Assembly (NCBI GenBank): GCA_023244815.1
Contig: JAHFLQ010000002.1
Coordinates: 6,994-70,993 of the forward strand
Length of the DNA stretch: 64,000 nt
Reading direction: 5' to 3'
Origin: a bacterium
GTDB taxonomy: Bacteria; Patescibacteriota; Minisyncoccia; UBA6257; WO2-44-18
Shown: piece by piece, positions 1-8,510 of the stretch
How positions within the stretch are numbered: position 1 is the stretch's first letter
How the letters are laid out: the number at the start of each line of letters is the position of its first letter
Position numbers and translations under genes: made by a program
Notes under the pieces: model-generated
The model's input: only the letters and a program-made list of their open reading frames with translations
The model's database searches: none
What the model was told of the DNA's origin: nothing

Positions 1-574
1 AAGCGCCGACTGATTTCGCAATCGTACCGATTTTCTGAAAATCGAGCGCTCTAGGATAGGCAGTGGTTCCGGAAATAATAACTTTCGGTTGGTGTTTTTT
101 GGCAAGATTGCCCATCGCCTCATAATCTAAAAGTCCGGTTTGGATATCAACGCCATACTGTACCGAATTAAAAAATTTGCCGGTGAAACTAACTTTATGC
201 CCGTGCGTAAGATGCCCGCCAACAGCCAGGCTCATTCCCATCAGCGTTTCGCCGGGATTCATCAAAGCGCTATAAATTGCGAGGTTTGCCGGCGAACCCG
301 AATATGGCTGGACATTAACCGCCCAATCGCTGGGTTTTAATTTAAACGCTTTGAGCGCCCGCTCTTTTGCCAGCTCTTCAATTTGGTCGTAATAAACATT
401 GCCAGGGTAATAACGTTTGCCCGGATAACCCTCCGAATACTTGTTCATCAACGGCGAACCAACCGCCATTAAAATATCGGGCGAGGCATAGTTTTCCGAA
501 GCAATCAAGTCAATGGTTTCCTGCTGACGCTTCGTTTCCAAGACGATTAGTTTTTCTATAGCTTTATCCTTCAT
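1..574 (-). CDS. glyA: Serine hydroxymethyltransferase, N-terminal part (3' end runs off the window)
   Basis: The reverse-complement translation starts MKDKAIEKLIVLETKRQQETIDLIASENYASP...GYPGKRYYPG, the canonical SHMT N-terminus. ATG at 574-572 on the minus strand. The frame stays open to the window edge. Confidence 0.85.
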   Translation of the reverse strand, partial: MKDKAIEKLIVLETKRQQETIDLIASENYASPDILMAVGSPLMNKYSEGYPGKRYYPGNVYYDQIEELAKERALKAFKLKPSDWAVNVQPYSGSPANLAIYSALMNPGETLMGMSLAVGGHLTHGHKVSFTGKFFNSVQYGVDIQTGLLDYEAMGNLAKKHQPKVIISGTTAYPRALDFQKIGTIAKSVGA

Positions 575-690
575 TTATAGCTTGTACTATAGCATAATTT
601 GGCACTCCGGCTACCCAAAATTAAAGAGAAACCAAATGATAAACCCGCTGGTTGTATATAGTAGATTGATTGATTATTTTTGACCTCAAC

Positions 691-728
691 CACAAAGCCC
701 TCCGATGTGCATCGGAGGGCTTTGTGGT
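691..728. terminator. Perfect 18-bp-stem hairpin downstream of the minus-strand gene 736..1833
   Basis: 691-708 ccacaaagccctccgatg is exactly the reverse complement of 711-728. The flanking U-tract is weak. The core ccctccgatgtKcatcggaggg recurs at 16921-16946. Confidence 0.5.
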
Positions 729-735
729 TGATAGA

Positions 736-1833
736 TTACCGTTTAAGAAAATCTCTAGCGAAAATAGCGGCGCAATATCCGGTGCCATCCAAAGTCCCCC
801 ATCTTTCCAAAATTTCCTTCTTGGTCTGCTGGCAAGACCGCTTTGCATGCTCGGATTTTTTCAGAAGTTCTTTTAAGGGCTCCTCTCGATAAACGATTCC
901 GATTCCGGTTTTTTCTATAGCTAGGTTGTTGAAATAAATTTCCGGATCGTCAGCGGAGTCGTATTCCGGAACAATAATCGGTTTTTCGGCGAGCAGAGAA
1001 AACCACACCGACGCCCAGCCGGAACGGGCGAAGTGAAGCAAAATGGTTTGATTGGTTATCAGATTCGGATTATGATCGCCATTACTGTATATTTTCAGAC
1101 CAAGCTTTTCCGCTTTTCCATAGAGCCGTTCCAGCCCGGGTATGCCAGTTTTAGTAACGTAAATCCCTTTTTCAATTTCAGAGGTGTCCGGCCGGGGCAT
1201 TGGACCAATCGGCGGAGCCAGGACCTCTCCCTTATGCACCGGCTGATAATCCTTCGCCCAGGAAAACACTCCGGGATACGCGACTGCTTGTATTTGCTGT
1301 TCCCGTTCGATGCATTTGGAAATTTCCGCCGCTTTCTGCAACAATTCTTTCTGGATTTTTATAACCGGCACCTCCAAAGATTTTTCAAAAATCTGACTCA
1401 TGTGCCCGAAAGAGGTGGAATACGCAGGAGCCACTCCATAAAGAAGCCGCGGCGACCGATTCAGTTCCACCGCAATATCAGAGCCATACCTCGCAGACAA
1501 ATACGCATTGGCCTCGCGTGACACTTCCTTAAAATTTGCGGTCCACTTTTTCAAATACGTTTCGTAGTCTGTGCCGCCATAAAAAACTTTTTCTAAAATA
1601 CCCCCCAATCCGGCGTCCAATATGAGCTCGCCGGGGTATTTTTTCTCATAGCCGGAAAATTCTTCCGCCATGATTCTTTTCTGTTTCTCGCCGTAAACCC
1701 AAGGAACAATGATTCCCATTCTGGGTTGGCCGGCTCTTTCTAATTCGTCGTTAAAGGCCGCGGCCAATTTCGTTGTCATCAAGTATGGTCCCGTGCCGTA
1801 GGCGAAGTTGGTAACAATATATTTATGATGCAT
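736..1833 (-). CDS. GT-B fold glycosyltransferase (GT1/GT28 MurG-like C-terminal domain)
   Basis: 365 aa. The N-terminus NFAYGTGPYLMTTKLAAAF and the C-terminal ARSGWASVWFSLLAEKPIIVPEYD...DPEIYFNNLAIEKTGIGIV resemble the donor-binding region of UDP-glycosyltransferases. Confidence 0.45.
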   Translation of the reverse strand: MHHKYIVTNFAYGTGPYLMTTKLAAAFNDELERAGQPRMGIIVPWVYGEKQKRIMAEEFSGYEKKYPGELILDAGLGGILEKVFYGGTDYETYLKKWTANFKEVSREANAYLSARYGSDIAVELNRSPRLLYGVAPAYSTSFGHMSQIFEKSLEVPVIKIQKELLQKAAEISKCIEREQQIQAVAYPGVFSWAKDYQPVHKGEVLAPPIGPMPRPDTSEIEKGIYVTKTGIPGLERLYGKAEKLGLKIYSNGDHNPNLITNQTILLHFARSGWASVWFSLLAEKPIIVPEYDSADDPEIYFNNLAIEKTGIGIVYREEPLKELLKKSEHAKRSCQQTKKEILERWGTLDGTGYCAAIFARDFLKR

Positions 1834-1836
1834 AGT

Positions 1837-2712
1837 TTAGGAAAATAATATCGTCACCACTCCCAAAACCGCGATCACCGCGCCGAAAAGTTTTTGGGAT
1901 ATATTCTTTTCTTTAAAAAACAGCCAACCCCAAACCACCCCCAATAGAACGCCCATTCGCTTAACCGCTATCGTATAAGAAGCAAGACCAGCAAGTAAAG
2001 CTGAATTATGCACGACATTGCCAATGGCTAGAAGCACGCCCACACCCACTAACAATAACGGCCCCGAAACGGACCCGGCTCCCGATCCAGTATGAAGAAA
2101 TATCTTTTTGTAACGAGTTAATAGATAAATCGCACTGCCAAGGGCGATAACGGCCAACACTCCTGCTGATCCTAAAAATCGATCGGAATGCTGTACCGCT
2201 AATTTGTCAAAATTTACCGAAATTGAAAAAATTGCGGCCACCGATACGCCCAGCCAGTTACCTTTGGCAAAACCGGGAATGTCGATGTGCTTGTGTTGAG
2301 AAGTAATAAACCATAGCCCGGATACCGTCAATAAAACTCCCAGTATGCCAACCGGCGATGGCGCCTCGCCTAGAAATATAAACGAGGTTATCAGAAGAAA
2401 AACCGGCGTTAGGAGAATCATCGAGTAAACCGAGGAAAACTCTCCGACCTCGTAAGCTTTGAGCATAATCGGCCAAGCTAGAGCGTTTAAAGCCCCGGTG
2501 ATAAAAATTGCTGACCAAAATTGATTGTCTATCTGCGGCAAACCGACGATAAAATAAGAAACTACAAAAATAAGAGCGGCGGCAATCGCGGTAATAACAA
2601 AAGTGATAGTGACCTTGGAATAGCCGACAACCGTAACCGCCCGTTTCTGCAAAGTCTGCATAAAAGAATGTATAATCGCCGCACTAAACGCCAGCAAAAA
2701 CCAGGTCAACAT
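1837..2712 (-). CDS. EamA/DMT-superfamily membrane transporter
   Basis: 291 aa with about 10 hydrophobic helices and a duplicated EamA-like architecture. It abuts the upstream gene. Confidence 0.6.
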   Translation of the reverse strand: MLTWFLLAFSAAIIHSFMQTLQKRAVTVVGYSKVTITFVITAIAAALIFVVSYFIVGLPQIDNQFWSAIFITGALNALAWPIMLKAYEVGEFSSVYSMILLTPVFLLITSFIFLGEAPSPVGILGVLLTVSGLWFITSQHKHIDIPGFAKGNWLGVSVAAIFSISVNFDKLAVQHSDRFLGSAGVLAVIALGSAIYLLTRYKKIFLHTGSGAGSVSGPLLLVGVGVLLAIGNVVHNSALLAGLASYTIAVKRMGVLLGVVWGWLFFKEKNISQKLFGAVIAVLGVVTILFS

Positions 2713-3672
2713 TTATTTATGGAGATGCTTCTTAGCCAGATCGGCGATAAAATCTTGCGTAATTTCTTTAGCTTCGTAAGTAGTGCCGCCAATGTGGGGC
2801 ACGATCAGCAGGTTTTGATTTTCTTGAGCGTATTCTATTAGCGGATTATTTTTAAGATGGCTATTATCGTCTTTTTCATCCCACAAAACATCCGCCGCCG
2901 CGCCGGCTATCCATTTTTCTTTTAGGGCTTTTTCCAGTAATCCCCTTTCAATCAACTCGGCGCGGGCGGTATTGATCAAATAAGAAGATGGTTTCATGCT
3001 TTGCAGATGCTTGGCCTTGATTAACTCCCGGGTATCATCCTGCAGCAACACATGCAACGAAACCACGTCGGCGGTTTTGAACAAATCTTCCATTGCTACT
3101 TTCGTAACGCCAAGTTTTGCCATGTCTTTTTCGTCAACATAGGGATCAGCGGCAACAACTTTCATGCCAAAAGCCAAAGCGTAGCCAGCTACCAATTTAC
3201 CCAAACGACCAAGTCCGAAAATTCCTAAAGTTTTGCCGGAAAGTTGATGGCCTACCCACTGATTGGTGTTCCAATGCCCGTTTTTCACGTCTTCAAACGC
3301 CCAGGGCAGGTTTCTCAAAAGAGCGATGATCAACCCCATAGTTTCTTCGGCAGTTGAGGGAATTTTTTCTAGAAACTCTGTACGGCCACGCAAAGAAATT
3401 ATCTCAATGCCTTTATTTTCGGCATATGCGGTATCAATATGGTTCAGCCCCGTGGTAGAAGTAGCGATTACTTTTAGGGCCGGCATCTTATCGAGCAACT
3501 GCCTATCCACCGTTAAGGCCAATCGGACCGCCAAAATGTCCGCTCTTGGGAGAATCGCCGCTTTTTCCGCTTCGCTCAAATCAAACCAAAAATAAACTTC
3601 GCCAAGCTCTTTGTAGGTGGCTATGGCTTTGGGCGAATAATTCGGCTCGGCGATTAAAGTGATAAATCTCAT
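2713..3672 (-). CDS. D-isomer-specific 2-hydroxyacid dehydrogenase family, NAD-binding
   Basis: 319 aa. Rossmann motif GIFGLGRLGKLVA and the typical family C-terminus (...IVPHIGGTT...). Confidence 0.7.
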   Translation of the reverse strand: MRFITLIAEPNYSPKAIATYKELGEVYFWFDLSEAEKAAILPRADILAVRLALTVDRQLLDKMPALKVIATSTTGLNHIDTAYAENKGIEIISLRGRTEFLEKIPSTAEETMGLIIALLRNLPWAFEDVKNGHWNTNQWVGHQLSGKTLGIFGLGRLGKLVAGYALAFGMKVVAADPYVDEKDMAKLGVTKVAMEDLFKTADVVSLHVLLQDDTRELIKAKHLQSMKPSSYLINTARAELIERGLLEKALKEKWIAGAAADVLWDEKDDNSHLKNNPLIEYAQENQNLLIVPHIGGTTYEAKEITQDFIADLAKKHLHK

Positions 3673-4385
3673 GGCTGTAGTTTTTTCATTATCTCCTCGG
3701 CTTTTAAAAAATCTTCTAGATTGTCTATGTCCACGGCATATTTGGATTCAATAATTTGGGGCGCGGTTTTTTCGCCGTAAAAATTTGGGTTGTCTTTATC
3801 AAATAACAGATTGGTTTTAAAAAGATAAATCAGATTAGCGCTCCAATAATTTTTTGGCCGATCCTGCCGGCGAGGAATCCGTTTGTAAATAGGATCGCCA
3901 TTAACCAGCCTTAAGAAGCCGTCCGGTCGGATAATCATGCTGGCGGAATGATTAAAATGCTCCGGAACTTCCGCTACGCTCATTACAGAATCCGCTCCCG
4001 TCTTTAAAATCAATTCCACCGCTTCTTTAATATGAAATGACTGGAGCGTAGGCGCGGTTGGCTGAAGAATCATAGTGTAATCGGGCTGGTAATTCTCATT
4101 TTCTTTCAACCAACGGACTGCGTGTTGTAGTACCGCTAAGTGCGCAGTATCATCCTGCGCAAGCTCCGCCGGCCTCATAAACGGCGCTTCGCAGCCATAT
4201 TCTTTGGCCACTTCAGCAATTTTGGGATCGTCGGTCGATAAAATTATCCGGTCCAAAACACCTGATTTTTGAGCCGCTTCTATTATGTAGACAATCAACG
4301 GCTTGCCTAAAAGCGGTTTGATATTTTTCCCAGGCAGTCCCCTGGATCCACCCCGAGCGGTTATGACGCCTAAGATTTTAGCCAT
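3669..4385 (-). CDS. CMP-sugar (acylneuraminate/NulO) cytidylyltransferase, paralog 1
   Basis: Start is probably MAKILGVITARGGSRGLPGKNIKPL (ATG at 4385). This N-terminal motif is characteristic of the NeuA/PseF/LegF CTP-transferase-3 family. The gene is translationally coupled to its neighbours. Confidence 0.75.
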   Translation of the reverse strand: MAKILGVITARGGSRGLPGKNIKPLLGKPLIVYIIEAAQKSGVLDRIILSTDDPKIAEVAKEYGCEAPFMRPAELAQDDTAHLAVLQHAVRWLKENENYQPDYTMILQPTAPTLQSFHIKEAVELILKTGADSVMSVAEVPEHFNHSASMIIRPDGFLRLVNGDPIYKRIPRRQDRPKNYWSANLIYLFKTNLLFDKDNPNFYGEKTAPQIIESKYAVDIDNLEDFLKAEEIMKKLQP

Positions 4386-5106
4386 TAAAATTTGGCTTCT
4401 GAAATGTTGCTTCCGCGATTGCCCAATCTTCAGGAGTATCAATATCAACATTATATTTCGGATCGATCACGAGTGCCCGCACGTCATCGCCAAGCATGCC
4501 CGCGTCCTCGTCGTATTTAAAAAGGTTATCCGTTTTAAAGAGGTAAATCATGCCATTACTCGCGTAAGACGCTGGAAGATCCTGCCGCCGCATGATTCTT
4601 TTCCGGACTGGTTGACCATTGATGAGTGCCAATCTGTCTTCTGCGTCCTTGGTCATAGAACGGTAGGGATTATAATGCCCAGGAACAGGAGAAACTCCGA
4701 ACACTGAATCAGCCTCCGTTTTCGTAATGATCTCCACCGCTTCGCGTATGTGTTCTGGCTGCCGGAGCGGGCAGGTTGGAAAAAGCGTCATGACATAATC
4801 CGGAACGTATCCCTCATTGTCTTTAAGCCAGTTAATCGTATGGCGCAATACGGGAAGGTGCTGAGTGTCATCCGCGGCTAGCTCTTTGGGGCGCATAAAT
4901 GGGACCTCACAGCCGTATTTTTTTGCCACATCAGCAATGCGAGCGTCGTCGGTCGTTAAAATAATGCGGTCAAACACTCCCGATTTTTTAGCAGCTTCAA
5001 TAGAATAGGCGATGAGAGGCTGTCCTCCTAACAGTTTAATATTTTTTCCCGGAACGCCCTTGGATCCGCCGCGCGCAGTAATGATTCCTAAAATTTTTTT
5101 ATCCAT
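4378..5106 (-). CDS. CMP-sugar cytidylyltransferase, paralog 2
   Basis: Start MDKKILGIITARGGSKGVPGKNIK (ATG at 5106). Same family as 3669..4385 and in tandem with it. Confidence 0.75.
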   Translation of the reverse strand: MDKKILGIITARGGSKGVPGKNIKLLGGQPLIAYSIEAAKKSGVFDRIILTTDDARIADVAKKYGCEVPFMRPKELAADDTQHLPVLRHTINWLKDNEGYVPDYVMTLFPTCPLRQPEHIREAVEIITKTEADSVFGVSPVPGHYNPYRSMTKDAEDRLALINGQPVRKRIMRRQDLPASYASNGMIYLFKTDNLFKYDEDAGMLGDDVRALVIDPKYNVDIDTPEDWAIAEATFQKPNFNG

Positions 5107-5824
5107 GGCGTTGTTTTTTTGATAATAAAAATTCCGCAAATTCCCAATCAATTGGGGAATTAATGTCTATATTTTCTTCTTCTATCACATAGGGCAAAAT
5201 ACGGTCGCCGGAAACAGATTTTTTCTCCATCACTGTGGCATAGCGAGTCACATCTACCTGCCCATAGTGCGCGTAGGTTCTCGGAAGCTTCTGCCTTCCC
5301 CAACAGAACGCCTCCTTTTCTCCTGGAATAGTGATGACTGGATTCAGATAGCCGCTCTGGCTGATATGGAAGATTTTATATGGGGGCACTGGCGGCGTAG
5401 AAACCGTCCATACCGAATCGGCGCCGGGATTATTCGCGAGCATCTCAATGCCCTTCTCAATAGAAGAGAATTTCCTCAAAGGGTATGTCGGGCGTAAATG
5501 AACAATAAAGTCAGGCTTCCAGCCTTCATGCTTTTCCAGCCACTCTAGGGCATGTAAGAAAACTGGAAAATCTTTAGTGTCATCTTGCGCTATTTCCTTC
5601 GGTCGCATAAATGGCACTTCACACCCATGCTGGCGACCCACTTCCGCAATCTTCGGATCATCGGTAGTTAAAATGACACGGTCGAAATATTGCGCCGCTT
5701 TCGCGCTCTCGATGGTGTAGACCAGAAGGGGCCTGCCCAACAGCGGTTTAATATTTTTCCCCGGAACGCCCTTGGATCCGCCGCGCGCAGTGATCAGGCC
5801 TAGCACTTTGTAGTTCTTATACAT
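5099..5824 (-). CDS. CMP-sugar cytidylyltransferase, paralog 3
   Basis: Starts MYKNYKVLGLITARGGSKGVPGKNIKPL. Third tandem copy. It shares a near-identical nucleotide tract of about 46 nt with paralog 2 (5035-5080 versus 5750-5795). Confidence 0.75.
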   Translation of the reverse strand: MYKNYKVLGLITARGGSKGVPGKNIKPLLGRPLLVYTIESAKAAQYFDRVILTTDDPKIAEVGRQHGCEVPFMRPKEIAQDDTKDFPVFLHALEWLEKHEGWKPDFIVHLRPTYPLRKFSSIEKGIEMLANNPGADSVWTVSTPPVPPYKIFHISQSGYLNPVITIPGEKEAFCWGRQKLPRTYAHYGQVDVTRYATVMEKKSVSGDRILPYVIEEENIDINSPIDWEFAEFLLSKKQRHG

Positions 5825-5828
5825 AGAC

Positions 5829-7544
5829 TTAGAGCCTCTTATAATTAACGCCCTTGACCTTTTCTACTTCTGCCTTTTCATACAGTCCCCATGTGTCAAA
5901 CAAAAGGCAGGGCTTATTAGCTACCGAGAGCAGGTTGCGAATCTCCAAATCTTCAAAAGCCGGATTGTTGTTCATCACTATTACCGCGTCGGCGCCTTCA
6001 AATCCCTTTTTTAAATCCGAAACGTGTTTCACCTGCAGCGCCGTGACAGAGGAGCGTTTCACCGCCGGATCATACCCGTAAATATTCTTGGTTGCCTTTT
6101 TTAATTTCTGGACCAGAGGGATGGTGGTAGAGCCGCGCATATCGGAAGTCACCGGACGGCCCTTAAACGCAAATCCTAGGACTAGTAATTTAGGATTTTT
6201 TACAGCCGGATTGTTTTCTTTCAAGAAAGAAATGGTGGAATCGGCAACAAAATTTACCATAGTATCGCTGATGGTCCTGGAGTGCTTTATCAAAGAAGGG
6301 CCATCCTTTCTTTTAGCGCTATGGAGCAAAATAAACGGATCTTTTTCCAGACAGGCGCCGCCGACTCCGGGACTCGGCAACGGCACACTGCTTCTTTCAT
6401 AGCCACGGTTAGCCGCGGCAATCACCCGATGGGTATCAATGCCCAGCTGATTGCAAATCAGAGAAAGTTCGTTGGAAAACGCGAAATGCACGTCCCGGTA
6501 GGTATTGTTGATTAGTTTGACCATTTCCGCCTCTTCCAGCGAATCTACTAGAACAACGGAATGGGTCATGTGATTGAAAATGGAAGCGGCTAAATCAGTA
6601 CTGGACTTGTCAAAGCCACCGATTACCTGAGGAAGGGTGCGCAATTCTCGCAGGGCCTTGCCTTCGATAGTGCGCTCCGGAGCGAAGGCGACAAAAAAAT
6701 CCTTGCCCGCGCGCAATCCCGAGTATTTTTCTAAAGTAGGAATTACGAAACTCCGCGTTGTGCCCACTGGAACCGTGGACCGCAAAATCACCGCATCGCC
6801 GCTTTTCAAAACCCTTCCGATGCGAACAGAAGCGTTTTCCAAATATTCAAGCATTGGCTCCCTTTTTGTGTTGAGAGGCGTACCTACGGCTATGAAATAA
6901 ATATCGCAATTGTTTTCACTGCGAAAATCTTTGACCGGCTCGAAACTCTTACCCAAATTATCCTTCAGTATTTGTTGTATGCCTTCCTCAAAGAAATGTG
7001 CCTTCTTTCTCGCCAAAGATGCCATCACTTCATTGTTAGTATCAAAGCCGCGTACCTTAAAGCCTAGATCCGCTAACGTAAGCGCCAAAGTTAAACCGAC
7101 GTACCCCAAACCCAAAACTCCGATCTGTTTGAAGCGGGTGTCGCTTCTCTGCCAAAGGTCGTAAAAAGAAACTAGATCAAGAACTTTGCGATTTTGATCC
7201 ACTATAATAATTTTATTCAGCCGATTATCGCGCCATTTTTCCTTCCTGTTTTTCTCCGCTACCATAGACAGAATTTCCGTATTGGTTTTCACGCCCTCAA
7301 TAACAAAGGGGGTTTTGTTCATTATTTTCAAAATCGGGCTCTCTAAAGATACGCCGCGAGAAAGCGCGCGGCGGATATCTCCATCCGTAGCTACGCCCAT
7401 CAGCCTCTCGTCTTTACCAACAACCAAAACAATCCCCTGGGGAATCATAGTTATGCCCGGTTTGTTAGTTGTGAGCTTCCGAAGCGCCGCCCTAATGCTT
7501 TCCGTCGGCTTCACAAAAATTTTCGGTAAATGTTTATTGGCCAT
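5829..7544 (-). CDS. CBS-domain pair fused to a UDP-glucose/GDP-mannose 6-dehydrogenase-family nucleotide-sugar dehydrogenase
   Basis: 571 aa. The N-terminal ~130 aa are CBS-like. They are followed by the NAD fold GVLGLGYVGLTLA and the catalytic-cysteine motif GVGGACLEKD of the UDPGDH family. Confidence 0.7.
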   Translation of the reverse strand: MANKHLPKIFVKPTESIRAALRKLTTNKPGITMIPQGIVLVVGKDERLMGVATDGDIRRALSRGVSLESPILKIMNKTPFVIEGVKTNTEILSMVAEKNRKEKWRDNRLNKIIIVDQNRKVLDLVSFYDLWQRSDTRFKQIGVLGLGYVGLTLALTLADLGFKVRGFDTNNEVMASLARKKAHFFEEGIQQILKDNLGKSFEPVKDFRSENNCDIYFIAVGTPLNTKREPMLEYLENASVRIGRVLKSGDAVILRSTVPVGTTRSFVIPTLEKYSGLRAGKDFFVAFAPERTIEGKALRELRTLPQVIGGFDKSSTDLAASIFNHMTHSVVLVDSLEEAEMVKLINNTYRDVHFAFSNELSLICNQLGIDTHRVIAAANRGYERSSVPLPSPGVGGACLEKDPFILLHSAKRKDGPSLIKHSRTISDTMVNFVADSTISFLKENNPAVKNPKLLVLGFAFKGRPVTSDMRGSTTIPLVQKLKKATKNIYGYDPAVKRSSVTALQVKHVSDLKKGFEGADAVIVMNNNPAFEDLEIRNLLSVANKPCLLFDTWGLYEKAEVEKVKGVNYKRL

Positions 7545-7553
7545 GTTGTCTAT

Positions 7554-8510
7554 TTAATACCATGGTTGGAGCGCGTACCGTGACGCGTGATCGGATAATT
7601 TTTCTAACTCGCTATCATTCGGATAAACAAATTGAGGCAACCACAGAGAAGCAGCGGAACAAAAACCGCCGGTAAACATCAGTCGCTGTTTACTCTTGGC
7701 ATAGCCACCCATATGAATGCCGGCGGTATCACCAAAGATAACCGTGCCGGCCCTGCCCATCGCCACCTTGATGCCGTCGTGTTGGGCGAGACGCTTTATT
7801 GCATTTTCATTGATGTTAATGCTTCCGTGAGGCGGCTTTTGCGGAAAAAGATTCCCCCAGCGCCCGCCGGAATTCGATCTGGCAAAATAACTAAGCGGCC
7901 CGGCCTCTGCGTCCACGTCACTGAGATAAATGAAGATCTTACAAAGTTTTTTATCTTCCGGATCCCGATGCCAGCGCTGGGAAGAAATCGGCTCCGCGCT
8001 TCCCACCGGCAGAACCAGGTTAAGATTGTACATATAAAACTTGGAATACATATCCAGATATCCATTAGCAATGCCCACTACTTTCGGAGATAAAGTTAAT
8101 TTGATAAATGGGTTACTTAAATCCACAGTGTTCATTTTTTCCCAGAGATCGGCGATGTAGGTCTTTCCCTTCTCCCGCTGGTGCTTATTGTCAATTAATC
8201 CTTCGGCGAATTTTTGTAACTGCGGCAAAAGATTCTGGCCCGGAAAAAGCTCATCCAGATGAGTGATGGCTATTCCGTTTTCTTTTAATTCACCGACTAC
8301 TCTCTGCTGCGCAGTATCTAACGGTTTTTTATTTTCTTCATATAACTTCCTGGCTTTCCTGTTTACAATATTAAACCAAACTGGCCAGGTGCCCTGCAAA
8401 ATATAATAAGGCCGCAAAACCCGATAGAGTGGGCGCACGGATTTTTTATACTTCAAATACACCAAGTTCGGCCAAACCGTTTTAATTTTGCTGACAAGTT
8501 TTTTAAACAT
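7554..8510 (-). CDS. PhyH-like Fe(II)/2-oxoglutarate-dependent dioxygenase
   Basis: 318 aa. It has the WHRDPED (HxD) motif and a distal His (TAGIHMGG), as in the phytanoyl-CoA dioxygenase family. Confidence 0.45.
   Translation of the reverse strand: MFKKLVSKIKTVWPNLVYLKYKKSVRPLYRVLRPYYILQGTWPVWFNIVNRKARKLYEENKKPLDTAQQRVVGELKENGIAITHLDELFPGQNLLPQLQKFAEGLIDNKHQREKGKTYIADLWEKMNTVDLSNPFIKLTLSPKVVGIANGYLDMYSKFYMYNLNLVLPVGSAEPISSQRWHRDPEDKKLCKIFIYLSDVDAEAGPLSYFARSNSGGRWGNLFPQKPPHGSININENAIKRLAQHDGIKVAMGRAGTVIFGDTAGIHMGGYAKSKQRLMFTGGFCSAASLWLPQFVYPNDSELEKLSDHASRYALQPWY

Noticed and set aside
140-561. Plus-strand ORFs 140..340 and 367..561 from the six-frame track
   Set aside because: They lie antisense within the clearly recognisable glyA coding frame on the minus strand (MKDKAIEKL...). 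They have no recognisable motifs and are spurious.
1033-1521. 162-aa plus-strand ORF antisense to the GT-B glycosyltransferase gene
   Set aside because: It is entirely embedded in a longer minus-strand ORF that has conserved GT motifs. Its composition is Arg/Phe-rich, which is typical of antisense translation.
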